From Planctomycetaceae bacterium (lineage in GTDB: Bacteria > Planctomycetota > Planctomycetia > Gemmatales > Gemmataceae): a stretch of DNA of 64,000 bases. Numbering within the stretch: the stretch's first letter is position 1; each line of letters opens with the position of its first letter. The notes beneath the pieces are model-generated. The model searched no databases and was not told where the DNA came from. It saw only the letters and a list, made by a program, of their open reading frames with translations. Location of the stretch: positions 19,541-83,540 of the forward strand of contig PNLP01000018.1 in assembly GCA_013823135.1 (NCBI GenBank). Reading direction: 5' to 3'. A program made the translations under genes and the position numbers. Shown in pieces: positions 62,128 to 64,000 of the stretch.

Positions 62128-62184
62128 CGTTTAGCGGTCGCCGCAACGCGGCGACGGTTGCCCCGCCGGGGCAACCGCTAAACG
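62128..62184. repeat. CGTTTAGCGG...CCGCTAAACG-family three-way element
   Basis: Outer stem of 8-10 bp. Inner hairpins gtcgccgcaacgcggcgac and ggttgccccgccggggcaacc. Lies between convergent genes. Confidence 0.85.
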
Positions 62185-62192
62185 TGGTTCAC

Positions 62193-63791
62193 TCACTTCC
62201 ACACGGGATCGGTCAATTTTTGCCCCTGGGCGGCCTTCCCAACCTGCACGGGGTCCGCGAACGGTGCCAGCAGCTTCGCATCCGCCACGGGCTTGCCGCC
62301 GACCTTCCACGCGGCTTTCGCCAGTGTCGCCTCGGCACCCGCGGCGTAGCCCTCCGGAGTGAGTGACAACCAGTTGTCACCGCTGCCGCTCCACAGCGTC
62401 ACCAGTAGCCGCGCGTCGGCGACATCCCATAGCTTCACCGTGCCGTCGGCACCGCCGCTGGCGCATCGTTTCCCTTCCGGGTCGAGGGCCACGGCGAACG
62501 CCGCGCTGCCGACCTGCACGACCTTCTGAGCGGTGCCTGTCTTGGGGTCGAAGAACCGCACGCTGCCGTCCCCACCCGCGACCGCAAGCACCGTTTCCTT
62601 CGCGTTGAACGCCAGTTCGTGAACCGCGATCCCTGGTCCGGGTGTTCGCTTCAGCCGCTCGGCCGTCTTCGGATCCCACCAACTCACCTGCGTTTCGTAG
62701 CCGCTGGTCGCGACCTGCCCATCGGCCCGCACCGCCACCGCGAGGACTTCCTGCTCCATCCCGCTGAACGTGAGCCGACTCTTGCCCGTGGTGGCGTCGA
62801 TGAGCCGCCCGGTGCGGTCCTTGCTGGCGGTCGCGTACCACTCGCCGCCGGGGCCGAACGCCACCGCGTACACGAAATCCGAGTGGCCCGTGAACGTGTG
62901 CAGCACCTTGGCCGTCTTCACGTCCCACAGCCGCACCGTTTTGTCGAAACTCGCCGAGACAATCTTCGCGCCGTCCGGGCTGAACGCGACCCCCGACACG
63001 GTATCGAGGTGGCCGCCGAGCGAGTGCACGAGTTTCCATTCGGTGGTGTCGAAGAGTCGTAGGTCACCACGAGCCGAGGGCTGGCCACCCGCGACCGCGA
63101 GGAGCTTGCCATCCGGCGAGAACTTGAGGTCGTTCACCGCCCCGAGGACGTTCGTCAGGAACTTCGTCGGCTTCGCTGTGCTCAGATCCCAGATCGTGAC
63201 GCGGCCATAAATCCCTGAAGCGAGCAACTTGCCATCGGGGCTGAACGCGACCGCCGCGACCGGCGACAGCGGCCCGACCGGCAGCGTGACATCAATCGCA
63301 CCGGGGAGGCTCGCGGTCTTCGGGAACACGGCCTTGGTCGCGAACGTCACGTCGAGCTTGCGGACGGGTCGGGTGGGGTTCGCTACCGTGCTGGTGTCGT
63401 CGTCCTTGGGCATGGTGCCATCGGGGGCACCGGCGGCGATCCACTTGCGAATCGTGGCGATATCTGCATCCGAAAGAGGATCGGCGTCGAGCGGCATCGC
63501 CCGCTTCTTGTCCTTCGACGTGAGCAGGGTCGCGAGCAGCGATTCGTCGGGCTTCCCCGCAACGAGCACGGGCACCTTGCCGCCCTGACTCCCCTTCTTG
63601 ATCAGGTCGGGCTTGTCGATCGCCAGCCCCGCGGAGAGTTCGACCTCGGCCAGTTTCCGCTCGCTATGGCAGACGGTGCAGTGCTTGCGGAAGATCGGTC
63701 GCACGTCTTGCCAGTACGTGGGTGGATCGGCCGCGACCGCGGGAACGGCATTGCAAGTGAGGATGAAGCAAGCGAGAAGAGTTCGGTTCAT
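62193..63791 (-). CDS. secreted PSCyt1 (planctomycete cytochrome c domain) + WD40-repeat protein
   Basis: Signal MNRTLLACFILTCNAVPAVAA. VRPIFRKHCTVCHS (CxxCH). Then repeated FSPDGK...WD blades. Confidence 0.8.
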   Translation of the reverse strand: MNRTLLACFILTCNAVPAVAADPPTYWQDVRPIFRKHCTVCHSERKLAEVELSAGLAIDKPDLIKKGSQGGKVPVLVAGKPDESLLATLLTSKDKKRAMPLDADPLSDADIATIRKWIAAGAPDGTMPKDDDTSTVANPTRPVRKLDVTFATKAVFPKTASLPGAIDVTLPVGPLSPVAAVAFSPDGKLLASGIYGRVTIWDLSTAKPTKFLTNVLGAVNDLKFSPDGKLLAVAGGQPSARGDLRLFDTTEWKLVHSLGGHLDTVSGVAFSPDGAKIVSASFDKTVRLWDVKTAKVLHTFTGHSDFVYAVAFGPGGEWYATASKDRTGRLIDATTGKSRLTFSGMEQEVLAVAVRADGQVATSGYETQVSWWDPKTAERLKRTPGPGIAVHELAFNAKETVLAVAGGDGSVRFFDPKTGTAQKVVQVGSAAFAVALDPEGKRCASGGADGTVKLWDVADARLLVTLWSGSGDNWLSLTPEGYAAGAEATLAKAAWKVGGKPVADAKLLAPFADPVQVGKAAQGQKLTDPVWK

Positions 63792-63821
63792 GGGAGTTGT
63801 GAGTTGTGGGGAAGGCGGGGA

Positions 63822-63848
63822 GTTTAGCAGTGGTCCCAACGGGACCAC
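63822..63848. repeat. half-copy of the GTTTAGC family (gtttagca + hairpin gtggtcccaacgggaccac)
   Basis: Shares the left outer arm and a ggtccc-N3-gggacc hairpin with the other copies. The right outer arm is missing. Confidence 0.6.
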
Positions 63849-63857
63849 CCAAAGCAA

Positions 63858-64000
63858 TCACGGTTGTTTCGCGAGTTCGCTCAGGTGCCAGAGTTCAACG
63901 GCTTTGCCGTTGCTCAGCAGAAGCAGGTCATCGGTCGGGCCGAACGCCAGCGTCTGCACCTGCTTCGGCCTTTTGACCCGCAGGATCGAACGCATCGTAT
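63858..64000 (-). CDS. 3' end of a WD40-like gene running off the window
   Basis: Open frame to the window edge ending ...VQTLAFGPTDDLLLLSNGKAVELWHLSELAKQP then TGA at 63858-63860. Partial, seen only in translation by hand. Confidence 0.4.
   Translation of the reverse strand, partial: TMRSILRVKRPKQVQTLAFGPTDDLLLLSNGKAVELWHLSELAKQP

Noticed and set aside
46516-63848. Possibility that the recurring palindromes form a CRISPR array
   Set aside because: The copies are kilobases apart, separated by genes, differ in sequence and orientation, and there are no regularly spaced short spacers or cas genes.

Overview
GC-rich (about 60% by eye) chromosomal window with Planctomycetota hallmarks, probably Gemmataceae-like: a DUF1559 prepilin-like protein, a DUF1549/DUF1553 protein, a PSCyt1-WD40 protein and many secreted repeat proteins. 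Core content is a complete 14-gene complex I operon nuoA-N on the minus strand (39379-55605). Also present are System II cytochrome c biogenesis genes resB/ccsA preceded by two paralogous lipoproteins, lipB-lipA, tmk, cmk-plsC, selD, and a wecE-wecD-GT2-GT-C sugar operon. No rRNA, tRNA or CRISPR array was found. The main anomalies are noncoding or selfish-looking. (1) A GxxExxY gene sits in a ~500-bp cassette bounded by 29/30-matching inverted repeats, inserted between nuoF and nuoG, and cargo-less palindromic relatives lie elsewhere. (2) Two families of long palindromic intergenic repeats occur, several of them cutting the nuo operon at gene junctions. (3) A ~181-nt noncoding element is present twice with conserved ends and equal length. 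(4) A perfect TGTGA-N6-TCACA palindrome overlies the predicted nuo transcription start. Candidate protein-level novelties are a dTDP-Fuc4NAc pathway coupled to a polyprenyl-phosphate GT2 plus a GT-C, an orphan YcjX-like NTPase with an unknown partner, a lysine-less lipoyl domain coupled to lipA, and duplicated promoter-lipoprotein modules feeding into resB-ccsA. All product calls come from motif recognition by eye. No database search was run. Many starts are non-ATG or ambiguous, so start coordinates are less certain than stops.
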